DNA of 59,711 nt, from positions 1 through 59,711 of the IMG/VR virus record IMGVR_UViG_3300008448_000085; one strand, 5' to 3'. The translations under genes and the position numbers were made by a program. Each line of letters begins with the position of its first letter. Position 1 is the stretch's first letter. Source of the stretch: a virus. Its lineage: Duplodnaviria > Caudoviricetes. This document shows positions 8,185-16,643 of the stretch, piece after piece. The notes under the pieces are model-generated. The model saw nothing but the letters and a program-made list of their open reading frames with translations, was not told where the DNA came from and ran no database searches.

Positions 8185-8296
8185 CCAGAAGGTAGACTAC
8201 TGCATCGCCCTGCTTGTGCAGGCCGAGCGGATTGTGCGGGAGGTGGAGCCTGATCTGTACGAAAAGATCAGGCGTTTTCTTTTGGAGGAGGCATGA
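8159..8296 (+). CDS. Hypothetical 45-aa protein
   Basis: AGGAGG RBS; MARIDGWTDQKV...; fills the gap between coupled genes. Confidence 0.6.
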   Translation: MARIDGWTDQKVDYCIALLVQAERIVREVEPDLYEKIRRFLLEEA

Positions 8297-8559
8297 TGGC
8301 ACTGGGAAGAACGATCTTTGATGCCCTAGACGAATCGCAGGATAACAATCCGTTGACGAAGTACATGCGGCAACGGGCCGAAACAATGCTTGGCGAATAC
8401 GAGCTGCCGGTGACCGACTGCCTCAACGAACTCATCGTTCGGTGCTGGGAGTTGGCCGAAGACCCAACGGATGCTTACAACGACCTTCGTTATGCCGCCC
8501 GCGAACTGAACCGCGCCGCCGATGCGCTGCGTGTTTTCATGGACACGGAGGAGGCATGA
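8293..8559 (+). CDS. Hypothetical early protein
   Basis: Flanked by identical GGAGGAGGCATGAT (8284-8297, 8547-8560). Confidence 0.7.
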   Translation: MMALGRTIFDALDESQDNNPLTKYMRQRAETMLGEYELPVTDCLNELIVRCWELAEDPTDAYNDLRYAARELNRAADALRVFMDTEEA

Positions 8560-8738
8560 TCACAGTAACGCTCACCATTGATGACCTCGCCTACCTGCGA
8601 GCCGCCGTGGAGCGAGACATGGAGGATGCCCGAGACATCATTGCCTTCGGGGAAGACGAGTATGCCGAGGCTGCGTATGCCTCTGCCGTGGAAGTGCTGA
8701 AGCGCCTGCCTACTGAGGAGCAGGCAATACCGTTCTGA
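8556..8738 (+). CDS. Hypothetical early protein
   Basis: ATGA overlap. Confidence 0.65.
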   Translation: MITVTLTIDDLAYLRAAVERDMEDARDIIAFGEDEYAEAAYASAVEVLKRLPTEEQAIPF

Positions 8739-8786
8739 CAACACTGCCTGCCGGCTGATTGGGCTTCGGCCCCGAAGAAGGTCACG

Positions 8787-8823
8787 GGTGGCGGCTATGC
8801 CGGCTATGCCGCCACTCATTTTT
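8787..8823 (+). terminator. Possible intrinsic terminator within the early arm
   Basis: GGGTGGCGGC...GCCGCCACTC stem followed by ATTTTT. Confidence 0.5.
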
Positions 8824-8836
8824 ACCTGGAGGAACG

Positions 8837-9046
8837 ATGGCCGAGAAGAAACACCACCCGGACTACGAACCGGACGTTGAGTGCGGGTCGCTGTGCCTGC
8901 AGAAGGAAGTCGCCGTGCAGATGATGCTGGCGATTGCCTACTCACTCAAGCACAACGAGTCGATGGATGACCTGGATAAGCAGCGGCTGTGCGTGGCAGC
9001 CACTGTGATCAATGATGTGTTCGGCTTGGGTGCGGAGGGGAAGTGA
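8837..9046 (+). CDS. Hypothetical early protein
   Basis: GGAGG RBS. Confidence 0.65.
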   Translation: MAEKKHHPDYEPDVECGSLCLQKEVAVQMMLAIAYSLKHNESMDDLDKQRLCVAATVINDVFGLGAEGK

Positions 9047-9444
9047 TGGCAAAGAAGAAGGCAAGCAAGCAGCCGGCGGCTGCGGAGTACAGGTTTCTTG
9101 ATGACGTTCGCGACAAGGTGCCGCAGCTGCTGGAGCGGGCGGCGTCGTTGCTGCCGTTCGATGATGTGATCAGCGAGCAGTGGATCGATGTAGAGGAAGG
9201 GTGTTTCGGCGTGGGGTTTGACCTGGACGGGCGCGTCTGCCCGTCGCGCGTCTACTCCCTGCACGGCGCCCGCATCTACGCCGACCGGGTGGTCCTGTTC
9301 TCTGACATGCACACCCCGGCGGATGACACGCTGCGAGAGCAGTACGAAAGCGATATGCCCAGGCTGTGGTCGCTGCTGCGGCAGATCCCCAGGCCAGTGC
9401 ATTCGTTTGGTGTTTGGACCGCAGCATTGAATGGAGGCGAGTGA
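9046..9444 (+). CDS. Hypothetical early protein
   Basis: TGATG coupling; basic N-terminus MAKKK. Confidence 0.7.
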   Translation: MAKKKASKQPAAAEYRFLDDVRDKVPQLLERAASLLPFDDVISEQWIDVEEGCFGVGFDLDGRVCPSRVYSLHGARIYADRVVLFSDMHTPADDTLREQYESDMPRLWSLLRQIPRPVHSFGVWTAALNGGE

Positions 9445-9614
9445 TGGCTGACGATCACACAGAGGCTGCGATCTGGGCAGAAGGCACGCCCTACACGGCA
9501 GACGAGCTGCTTCATGGCTACCGCGACTGGCAGGAGTATGCGAACGACGGCAAGTCTTTTGCCTGGTGGTGCGAGAATGTGATGAATATCAAGAACGAAC
9601 CGGAGGAACGATGA
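9444..9614 (+). CDS. Hypothetical early protein
   Basis: TGATG coupling. Confidence 0.6.
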   Translation: MADDHTEAAIWAEGTPYTADELLHGYRDWQEYANDGKSFAWWCENVMNIKNEPEER

Positions 9615-9838
9615 GCGAGCACATGTTTGGCGTGGCCGAGCGCGACGGCAGGACCCCTGGCGTTGAGCGTGACAGGCGGCACGCTATCGCCAAAAAGAAT
9701 GGCGCTCAGTGGACTGAAATCTTTGTGCAATCCACCGGCAAGTGGAAGTCTTGGTTCCATTGCTGGAACATGGGGGAGCCGTTTAACAGCATGACGGCAG
9801 ACGCCGTGATGAGGGAGGTGGGCGATGGCCAAGGTTGA
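9611..9838 (+). CDS. Hypothetical early protein
   Basis: ATGA overlap, GGAGG RBS. Confidence 0.65.
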   Translation: MSEHMFGVAERDGRTPGVERDRRHAIAKKNGAQWTEIFVQSTGKWKSWFHCWNMGEPFNSMTADAVMREVGDGQG

Positions 9839-10040
9839 TAGCCCAACGCAGTACGTGGTGATCTTGCAGACACCGCAGTACGGAACGATTACCTGGGGTC
9901 CATTCCGGGACCGCCAAGCAGCCCAAGACTGGATCGCCAACGGCGGGCACAAGAACGAGATGTGGGCTGCGTACGAAACCGACAGGCCATCGGGCATGGT
10001 GTTGTTTGCGAACCCACTTTACATTCCGGAGGATGTGTGA
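9825..10040 (+). CDS. Hypothetical early protein
   Basis: GGAGG RBS. Confidence 0.65.
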   Translation: MAKVDSPTQYVVILQTPQYGTITWGPFRDRQAAQDWIANGGHKNEMWAAYETDRPSGMVLFANPLYIPEDV

Positions 10041-10372
10041 TGGCTAAGAAGAAGGAAGACGGCGATGACGGTGTTGTGATCTCAGGATTTGGCATCCTGA
10101 CGATCAGCGTAAAGCTGGAACTGCATGTCGATGAGGATGCGCTCGGTGTCCCCACCGTGCTGCAACACAAAGTACAGACGGTGATTCCTGATCCCGGGGT
10201 TGGCAAGTCGCACAATCCAGATCGCTTCATGTCGGCCGGCGAGGTGTTCGGCGCCGATCTCGGTCGCGTTGCCAACCATTTCCGAGAGGCCTTGGCTAAC
10301 CATGAGGATATGGGCAAGGGCTTCGCCCGAGAGATGCAGGACTGGGACAAGGATCATGGGAGGACTAAGTGA
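10040..10372 (+). CDS. Hypothetical early protein
   Basis: TGATG coupling; MAKKK start. Confidence 0.65.
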   Translation: MAKKKEDGDDGVVISGFGILTISVKLELHVDEDALGVPTVLQHKVQTVIPDPGVGKSHNPDRFMSAGEVFGADLGRVANHFREALANHEDMGKGFAREMQDWDKDHGRTK

Positions 10373-10620
10373 TGGCTAAGCCATATCGCGTGGCGATGAC
10401 AGAAGACGAGTTTGCTGACCGCTATGCGGAGCTGTGCCACTACATCGAAGCCATGTGGGCCAATCGAAAGGCTAAGGACTACTGGAACGTGCAGGAGAAA
10501 GACATCCCGCCCGTCGTATCCAAGCAGTCCAGGGAAGTGGCGATGCATATCGCCATGGAGATTCTTGGCATTGATTATGTTCGCCCGGCAAAGACCTCTC
10601 GCAAAACGAAAGGACCGTAA
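10372..10620 (+). CDS. Hypothetical early protein
   Basis: TGATG coupling. Confidence 0.65.
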   Translation: MAKPYRVAMTEDEFADRYAELCHYIEAMWANRKAKDYWNVQEKDIPPVVSKQSREVAMHIAMEILGIDYVRPAKTSRKTKGP

Positions 10621-10886
10621 TGGCCAGTCCTCGCAGGAAGATCAGCAAAGAGGAACGCAAGGGGCGTGATGCCCTGATGCGCGTGGTCAACTGGGTCCAC
10701 ATCCTGGTGATCAAGCGACTGTTTGACGAGGGGTGGACCACTGCCGAGGTGGCGGAGGTGTACGACAGGCTGCAGCGTGAGGCTGGCAGGATTGCGGTGG
10801 AGCATGCCATGCCTGACTGGCACTACGTGGACGAGAAGCAAGTGGCGGAGTTGGTGTACCAATCCATAACGAAGGAGGATCGATGA
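10620..10886 (+). CDS. Hypothetical early protein
   Basis: TAATG coupling. Confidence 0.65.
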   Translation: MASPRRKISKEERKGRDALMRVVNWVHILVIKRLFDEGWTTAEVAEVYDRLQREAGRIAVEHAMPDWHYVDEKQVAELVYQSITKEDR

Positions 10887-11260
10887 AGCTGGATACTGAC
10901 CTTGATATTGTGCAGTGGATTTTTGATTCCGAGTTTATGATGAACACTTTCTCTGGGCCTATCGACGCCCAAGAAATGTGTGGCCTGATGCGTGAGCTAC
11001 ACGCCATCACCAAGAAGTCGCCCGGCGATCCCGAGGAGGTTCGCGAGGCGTGGTCGGCACTTGCTAAGTGCGTCGGGCCGCGGTTCATCGGGCAGTTCTT
11101 GGCCTGCGGTACGTGGCGTGAGCTGTGTCCAGCCCCGGATGACACGGCTGTCGATGCTGATGACGTTGCTACCGTGTGGTTCCAAGACGGCAAGCGTGTT
11201 GTTGCCCGCGTTGTGTACGACGGCAAGAAGCCGGTCGGCGTGGAGTTCGGTATCCAGTAG
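10883..11260 (+). CDS. Hypothetical early protein
   Basis: ATGA overlap, GGAGG RBS. Confidence 0.7.
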   Translation: MKLDTDLDIVQWIFDSEFMMNTFSGPIDAQEMCGLMRELHAITKKSPGDPEEVREAWSALAKCVGPRFIGQFLACGTWRELCPAPDDTAVDADDVATVWFQDGKRVVARVVYDGKKPVGVEFGIQ

Positions 11261-11269
11261 GAGGCAATC

Positions 11270-11338
11270 ATGGACAAGGATGTCCTGGTGGAGCTGGTGA
11301 TTGTGGTGATCCGTGTCATCTTGGAGAACATTCGATGA
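11270..11338 (+). CDS. 22-aa hydrophobic peptide MDKDVLVELVIVVIRVILENIR
   Basis: AGGAGG RBS; ATGA-coupled to next peptide. Confidence 0.55.
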   Translation: MDKDVLVELVIVVIRVILENIR

Positions 11339-11412
11339 GTCCAGTGGCCGATTTCCTGTGCGGCTGTGCCATAATGGGGTTCGTATTCTTCTGGTCTTCC
11401 ATGAGGCAGTGA
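11335..11412 (+). CDS. 25-aa hydrophobic peptide MSPVADFLCGCAIMGFVFFWSSMRQ
   Basis: GGAG RBS; TGATG-coupled to recombinase. Confidence 0.5.
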   Translation: MSPVADFLCGCAIMGFVFFWSSMRQ

Positions 11413-12155
11413 TGCTTTACCTGTACGCCCGAGTGTCCACCGACAAGCAAGAGAACGGCCGCGATGCCCAAGTCTCCAGGCTCCAGCAATGGGCCGCAGA
11501 CAAGGGACTCGCGGTCGATGGCGTTTACGTGGACGAGGATGTGTCGGCCTTCAGCACCGCACTGTCCGACCGCAAGGAGGGCAAGCGGCTGTGGGATATC
11601 CTCAAGCAGGGCGACACGGTGGTGATGACGAAGATCGACCGCGGCTTCCGGCGATGGGCCGATGCCGCAGTCACGCATGCCAAGTGGAAAGACCTGGGGG
11701 TATCGCTCCGGTTCTCGGACATGGACTTCGATCTGTCCACGCCACAGGGAGAACTGTTCTTCTCCCAGCTGGTGGCGTTCAGCCAGTACGAATCCCGCAT
11801 GCACGGCCAACGCAAGCGGGAGGTCTATGCCCACAAACGGCAGACCGGCCAGCCCTACAACCAGCTGCGCCCGTACGGGTGGCTGGCAGTGAAGGGTGCG
11901 GCCGGCCGGCTGGAGTCCTGGGCGCCGTGCATCCCCGAGCAGGAGCTTGGACGCAGGGTGCTGCGGATGCGGTCGCAGGGAATGAGCTACCCTAAGATCG
12001 CCTTGGACCTTTGCCGCGAGAACGTGAAGAAGCCGGTGACGAAGAAGGGTTCATCGGGCTACTACCATGTGTCCGATGTGTTCCTTCTGGCGCGTGCGGC
12101 GCAAGCCGGATATCCAAAGCAGCGGCGAGATTCCGTGCCAGCTCGCGTGATCTGA
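11412..12155 (+). CDS. Serine recombinase (resolvase/invertase family)
   Basis: YARVSTDKQ catalytic Ser motif; GDTVVMTKIDRGFR; TPQGELFF. Confidence 0.92.
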   Translation: MLYLYARVSTDKQENGRDAQVSRLQQWAADKGLAVDGVYVDEDVSAFSTALSDRKEGKRLWDILKQGDTVVMTKIDRGFRRWADAAVTHAKWKDLGVSLRFSDMDFDLSTPQGELFFSQLVAFSQYESRMHGQRKREVYAHKRQTGQPYNQLRPYGWLAVKGAAGRLESWAPCIPEQELGRRVLRMRSQGMSYPKIALDLCRENVKKPVTKKGSSGYYHVSDVFLLARAAQAGYPKQRRDSVPARVI

Positions 12156-12618
12156 CCGACGCCGCCCGCAGGGAGATGTCATGCCCCTCCGCGATGGTGC
12201 GAAGCGTCTGCCCTTCTTGGAATCTGTCCGCGGCCAGCTGCTGGTGTTCGGCGGGCAGGTCTTGGATCGCCAGCCCCAGGTAGTCTGGGTTCTCTAGCAC
12301 CGGCAGTAGGTCTTCCGCCTCCTGCAGGCTGATCTTCCATTCGCCCGGCTGGCGGGTGGTCTTCTTGATCGCCTTATACATGGCGTTCAAGCAGGCACGG
12401 GCGAAGTACGCCTTGGGGTAGGGCAGTTTCTTCGGGTCGTATGTGCGGGCAGCCTTGGTGAGGGCGAGGAATCCTTCCCCCTCCAGGTCTGGAACCAGCA
12501 CGCCCTTCTGCCACGCCGGCCTGTTCTGAACAAAGAACCTCGCCAACATCCTGGCAAGGTCCACGTACTCAGCCGCTAGCTCTTGTCTTTTCTTTGAGAG
12601 CCGTAATCTCTTTTGCAT
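11992..12618 (-). CDS. Sigma-70 family RNA polymerase sigma factor
   Basis: Region 2 (DLEGEGFLALTKAARTYDP...AYFARAC) and region 4 HTH (TLRTIAEGHDIS). Confidence 0.85.
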   Translation of the reverse strand: MQKRLRLSKKRQELAAEYVDLARMLARFFVQNRPAWQKGVLVPDLEGEGFLALTKAARTYDPKKLPYPKAYFARACLNAMYKAIKKTTRQPGEWKISLQEAEDLLPVLENPDYLGLAIQDLPAEHQQLAADRFQEGQTLRTIAEGHDISLRAASVRSRELARNLAAALDIRLAPHAPEGTHRTHGSSPMNPSSSPASSRSRGKGPRRS

Positions 12619-12796
12619 GTTCGTCCAGGCGATGCTCATGTTCCAGCAAGGCCTCGCGGAGTTCCTCCACAATCTCAGGAAGGGACTCCACGCTGCTGGC
12701 AATCACTGCAACCTTGGCATGGATTGAGAACGCCCACGGGATGACAGCGCACGCGGCCGTCAGGGCGAGCATCCACACCTCAACATTAATCGTCAT
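12569..12796 (-). CDS. Small membrane-anchored coiled-coil protein
   Basis: N-terminal TM segment then heptad pattern. Confidence 0.65.
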   Translation of the reverse strand: MTINVEVWMLALTAACAVIPWAFSIHAKVAVIASSVESLPEIVEELREALLEHEHRLDEHAKEITALKEKTRASG

Positions 12797-13013
12797 CTTC
12801 CACCTCCCGAATCATCTTCACCAACATGATCCCAGCGTAGGGGTGGAGCTGGCCGTTCTCTACGTGCCACTTCACCATTCCTACACACTCTTCGGTTCGT
12901 TCGGGGAAGTACTGATAGATGTGAGTCTGTCCATCAAACTTGGCGATGACTCTGTTAAGGCGTCGAATGCCTGGCTCCGGATCGCCCGCATATCCTTCCG
13001 GTTCGTAATCCAT
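12786..13013 (-). CDS. Hypothetical protein
   Basis: MDYEPEG...; abuts next gene; overlaps upstream ORF. Confidence 0.5.
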   Translation of the reverse strand: MDYEPEGYAGDPEPGIRRLNRVIAKFDGQTHIYQYFPERTEECVGMVKWHVENGQLHPYAGIMLVKMIREVEDDD

Positions 13014-13255
13014 TTGGCGATCCAGTTGCTGACCAGTGAGATCAATACAGGCAAGACGAACATCACAAAGAACGAGCCGCACTCCGGGTGCATACGGAGG
13101 TATGTCTCCTTCATGCGCCGGCGGTAGGACCGCATGCTGATCGCACCGTCAGGCACAACCAGCAGGCCGACGAGGGCCACCTCTTTGGAGTGCTTGCTGA
13201 TTCCTCTGGCGCCTGACTCGTACAGGCAGAGGTCTGCTACTTCAGAGGCTTGCAG
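12881..13255 (-). CDS. Membrane protein (start codon uncertain)
   Basis: TM segment FFVMFVLPVLISLVSNWIAKWI. Confidence 0.55.
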   Translation of the reverse strand: MQASEVADLCLYESGARGISKHSKEVALVGLLVVPDGAISMRSYRRRMKETYLRMHPECGSFFVMFVLPVLISLVSNWIAKWITNRKDMRAIRSQAFDALTESSPSLMDRLTSISTSPNEPKSV

Positions 13256-13488
13256 TCTTTGCACTCCGGTACGAGGACAGACTTCACCTTGCACTTGCAC
13301 CCTGGCGGGCAGGGGCAGTCGGTCACATGGCCGTCCCCGTGGACGATCTTGCCGCCCTTGCACAGGCCGCAGCATTTCTCCGGGACAGGAGATGCTTGGG
13401 TGTGCAGGGTATACGCTGCGCTGACCGCGACCGTGGCGGTGCAGTCCGGTGCGGCCAGACCCAAGAGGATGAGGAGCTTACTCACCAT
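13237..13488 (-). CDS. Small exported Cys-rich protein
   Basis: Hydrophobic N-terminus; CCGLCKG...DCPCPPGCKC. Confidence 0.65.
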   Translation of the reverse strand: MVSKLLILLGLAAPDCTATVAVSAAYTLHTQASPVPEKCCGLCKGGKIVHGDGHVTDCPCPPGCKCKVKSVLVPECKDCKPLK

Positions 13489-14431
13489 GATGAAGCATCC
13501 CGATGGTGCCGAAGTCCGGAAGACGCTGCGGCGGGAACCCGTCCACTGAGCCGTAGGTCCAGCAGTCGCCGTTGTCCACGCAGACGTTGAAGTCTTCTGC
13601 GGAGGTGACGATCATGCCTGGAGGGCAGGGCGGGTAGTCCTTGGGCCAGTCCTTGATCGGCTGGTTCCATGGACCCCAGCTGTTCTGAATGAACCACACC
13701 GTGAACGGCCAGTACTCCAGCGTACTATCGTAGCCGGCAATCGCCATGTCATGGTTCCACCCCCCCGGCGTGCGGGTATGGATGTTCTTGCTGTTGGGCG
13801 ACGCTGCCCAAGATGCGTACTGCCCCGAGTGGGCGGCGTAGCCATTGAACATGGCGTCCATCAGGTCATCTTGCGTGCGCACGTTGGTGATCACGCCGAC
13901 CTTGTTCTTGCGGCAGAGTTCCTTGACGTTCTCAGGCACGCCAGAAGATCCCCATCGCGAGCCGATGGAAGAGTTGTACTTTGACAGGTCAACGACGCCT
14001 TCGTAGTTGGTTCGTACGAGGAACCCAACGTCTCGCTCAAACTGAGACGCACGGGCCGGGGCCATGCCTTCGCCGCCGTGACCTCGCGCCCCATAGGTAG
14101 GCTCGGTCGCCCCCATGGAGAACCAATCTTCTGGTTCTTTCTTGACGAGAATCTCGGTCGCCCTGGTCATGTCCCGGGCGTTGCGACTTCCGTGACTTAC
14201 GCAGTCTCCCGTCGTTTGCTTTTCAGTGAAGCATCGCTTGTCCAGCTTGGTTGCGTACTGCCAGAGCAGCGCCCGCTTGCCCTTGCCGGAACCTTTGATG
14301 TTCGGCTCATCGAAGTACTGGTACTTCTGGCTCTCAAGGAACTCCATCTTCGCACGCATGTCGAAGATGTAACCCTTCATCCCGTCTTCGTAAGCGCGGA
14401 ACAGGGAGTACGGTGTGTCTAACTCACTCAC
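13478..14431 (-). CDS. Papain-like cysteine protease (C1 family)
   Basis: Q-TTGD-C-VSHG (oxyanion Gln, catalytic Cys), N-H-DMAIAGY, IQ-N-SWG-PW. Confidence 0.88.
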   Translation of the reverse strand: MSELDTPYSLFRAYEDGMKGYIFDMRAKMEFLESQKYQYFDEPNIKGSGKGKRALLWQYATKLDKRCFTEKQTTGDCVSHGSRNARDMTRATEILVKKEPEDWFSMGATEPTYGARGHGGEGMAPARASQFERDVGFLVRTNYEGVVDLSKYNSSIGSRWGSSGVPENVKELCRKNKVGVITNVRTQDDLMDAMFNGYAAHSGQYASWAASPNSKNIHTRTPGGWNHDMAIAGYDSTLEYWPFTVWFIQNSWGPWNQPIKDWPKDYPPCPPGMIVTSAEDFNVCVDNGDCWTYGSVDGFPPQRLPDFGTIGMLHHGE

Positions 14432-14846
14432 ACTGAGCCTCCACAGCCTTCATCCCGGCGGCGATCTTGGCTGCCATGTCCTTGTCCATGGGCAGGTTTT
14501 CCAGCGGGTAGTGTTCCGCCAAGACTTTCTCCACCGCCACATCCAAGCCGGGATACTTTCCAACCAAGTCGGTTCCACCCGCGGCCAGCTGCAGAGCGTC
14601 ACGGTAGACGCTGCGCCATGCTGAAGTGGTAGTGATCAGCCGGCCCGAGTCCCTTGCAACTACATCAGCCAGCGCACGGTAGAGGCTGGCGAGCTTTGCC
14701 CGGTCGGAGGAGGAGGCCGACTGCAGGGCGGTGGCAACGGGACCCGTGGCAGCTGGCCGCGGGGAACTGACAAAGGACGCTAGGACCACCAAGGCCGCAA
14801 GCGCGAGCGGGATTAGCCGAGTAGGGCTTTGAGCAGCTGACTGCAT
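14424..14846 (-). CDS. Exported/membrane-anchored protein
   Basis: Signal/TM LIPLALAALVVLASFV. Confidence 0.7.
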   Translation of the reverse strand: MQSAAQSPTRLIPLALAALVVLASFVSSPRPAATGPVATALQSASSSDRAKLASLYRALADVVARDSGRLITTTSAWRSVYRDALQLAAGGTDLVGKYPGLDVAVEKVLAEHYPLENLPMDKDMAAKIAAGMKAVEAQCE

Positions 14847-15010
14847 GCTTCGACCACCTGGGGGTTGTTGGATGATTCCTTGATCGCCATGACCGCTTCG
14901 ATGGATTGCATGGTGTTGGTTCGCTTGGGCAGCTTGATGCTCGGCAGGACGAACTGCACCACCACCACTGCGGCGAGGATGGCAAGGGCGACGATCTGGA
15001 AGGCAGTCAT
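14813..15010 (-). CDS. Small membrane protein (holin candidate)
   Basis: 65 aa, N-terminal TM; ATGA-coupled to protease. Confidence 0.65.
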   Translation of the reverse strand: MTAFQIVALAILAAVVVVQFVLPSIKLPKRTNTMQSIEAVMAIKESSNNPQVVEACSQLLKALLG

Positions 15011-15951
15011 AGAATCTTGGCTCCCGGTATGAAGATGGTGACGCCGGCCACTGACTGAGCGACCGAGTAGTTCAGAAGACTGTGGGGATCAAGCAGCCCC
15101 CAGCCGTAGACGTTGTCTCGCCCCTTGTCCCCGGCGTCCTTGCATGTCTGGGACAGGGCCTTGATCGCAGTGGCGTGATCGATCTTCTTGCCGTCACGCT
15201 TGGCAGCGGACACATACAACGACAAGGTCCCGGCCACAAACGGTGCCGCCATGCTGGTGCCCGACACCGTGGCGTAGCCGTCGTTCAACCATGTGGAAGT
15301 GATGTCGCATCCCGGGGCCGCGACCACAATCTCCTTCCCCCTGCTGGAGAACTCACAGGCGGCGCCGGTTCGATCTACCGCACCGACGCCAATCGTTTCC
15401 GCAAACGCGGCGGGAAAGTTAACCGCACCGCCGTCGTTCCCAGCCGCACAGACAACGATCACCCCCTCTCGGCAAGCCAGCTTGATGGCCTCATGGAGCC
15501 TGGAGTCAGGCTTGGGTGAACCAAGCGACATGCAAGCAATGTCGCACTTTGTTTCGGCGGCATGGTAGACCGCTTGGGCAACGGCCTCGTTACTGCCCAT
15601 GCCGCTATGACCGAGGACCTTCAACGACAGGAGCTTGGCCTCCGGGGCGATGCCCTTGGCCAGGCCCCTGCGAGCGGCGATCACGCCTGCTACGTGTGTC
15701 CCATGTCCGACAGTATCTTCAAACGACGAGTCGGACGAGAAGTTCCGCCAGTCGGCAACCGCATCGATCAGGGCGCTGTGCTTGGAGATGCCGGTGTCGA
15801 TCACCGCCACCGTCACGCCCTCGCCCTTGGACTGCTTCCACAGTTCCGGGACGCCGTACGACTCCACACCCCAATCCACACCGTCCTTGTCGGACAACGG
15901 TATGCTGCCAAACTCAACACGGTACGGGGGGAGGTGAACGTACTCACTCAT
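15007..15951 (-). CDS. Subtilisin-like serine protease (S8)
   Basis: VAVIDTG, HGTHVAG, AAGN, SGTSMAAP catalytic motifs. Confidence 0.95.
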   Translation of the reverse strand: MSEYVHLPPYRVEFGSIPLSDKDGVDWGVESYGVPELWKQSKGEGVTVAVIDTGISKHSALIDAVADWRNFSSDSSFEDTVGHGTHVAGVIAARRGLAKGIAPEAKLLSLKVLGHSGMGSNEAVAQAVYHAAETKCDIACMSLGSPKPDSRLHEAIKLACREGVIVVCAAGNDGGAVNFPAAFAETIGVGAVDRTGAACEFSSRGKEIVVAAPGCDITSTWLNDGYATVSGTSMAAPFVAGTLSLYVSAAKRDGKKIDHATAIKALSQTCKDAGDKGRDNVYGWGLLDPHSLLNYSVAQSVAGVTIFIPGAKIL

Positions 15952-16276
15952 CGGGCGAAAGCGTCTCCAGCGCCAGGAGAATCAGGCGGAGGATTGGGAT
16001 CAGGCTGGACGCCACAAAGGCCCAGTCCAAACCGAGAGCGGAGTACTCAGCCCCCAGGGTGAAGGCGCCGATCTCGTTGTCTTCATCCCATTCGTACGCC
16101 TGCATGGCACGGAGGTCGGATTCCGACAGGACGGGGATGATCAGGCGGGCGACCTTGTCAACGATCTCCCACTTGGCAACGACCGGCAGGTCCTTGCTGT
16201 ACGCCTTCACCACCTCCAGGACTTTCGTCAGGAGGTCACGGTGAGCCAGAAGCCACTGCAGCATCCTCAGATTCAT
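15944..16276 (-). CDS. Hypothetical protein with C-terminal hydrophobic helix
   Basis: GAGG RBS; first gene after the 16345 motif. Confidence 0.7.
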   Translation of the reverse strand: MNLRMLQWLLAHRDLLTKVLEVVKAYSKDLPVVAKWEIVDKVARLIIPVLSESDLRAMQAYEWDEDNEIGAFTLGAEYSALGLDWAFVASSLIPILRLILLALETLSPDE

Positions 16277-16643
16277 GGTCTACCTCATGGTCCAAACAGG
16301 CAACGGCCACAACGGCATGGCCGGCGATGTCCATCAACGTCTCTCTTATGTCTATTGTCCGCAGGGAACCCCGGAGCCTGCGGCACTTCTCCCCCACCCG
16401 GGCGACTTGGTATTTCCACGGGATAATCCCGTCTTCCTTCACCCCAAGGGCGTTCTCCAGGGGGCTTTCCTTGCACCCGTAGTAACCCCGTTTCCGGGAG
16501 AGCAGCCGCCAGAGCTTGAGGCAGATGCCCCAGTACGGATCATCCGCCAACAGCTCTGAGAGTTCACCAAGCAATCTCTCGCAGCGCCCGCTGGATTCGG
16601 CCGTACTCAGCCCAGAAGGTGGGGTGATGGTGGGGGTCAGCAT
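16236..16643 (-). CDS. Nucleotide-modification-associated (DUF1599-like) helical protein
   Basis: KRGYYG...PLEN...RVGEKCRRL...IRETLMDIAGHAV pattern. Confidence 0.6.
   Translation of the reverse strand: MLTPTITPPSGLSTAESSGRCERLLGELSELLADDPYWGICLKLWRLLSRKRGYYGCKESPLENALGVKEDGIIPWKYQVARVGEKCRRLRGSLRTIDIRETLMDIAGHAVVAVACLDHEVDHESEDAAVASGSP
16345..16360 (-). promoter_or_regulatory. Putative late promoter motif
   Basis: GGACAAT-AGACA-TAAG upstream of the protease operon. Confidence 0.5.

Noticed and set aside
8771-8785. Lambda nut boxB look-alike (GCCCCGAAGAAGGTC)
   Set aside because: Stem pairing is broken and no boxA or N-like protein is evident.
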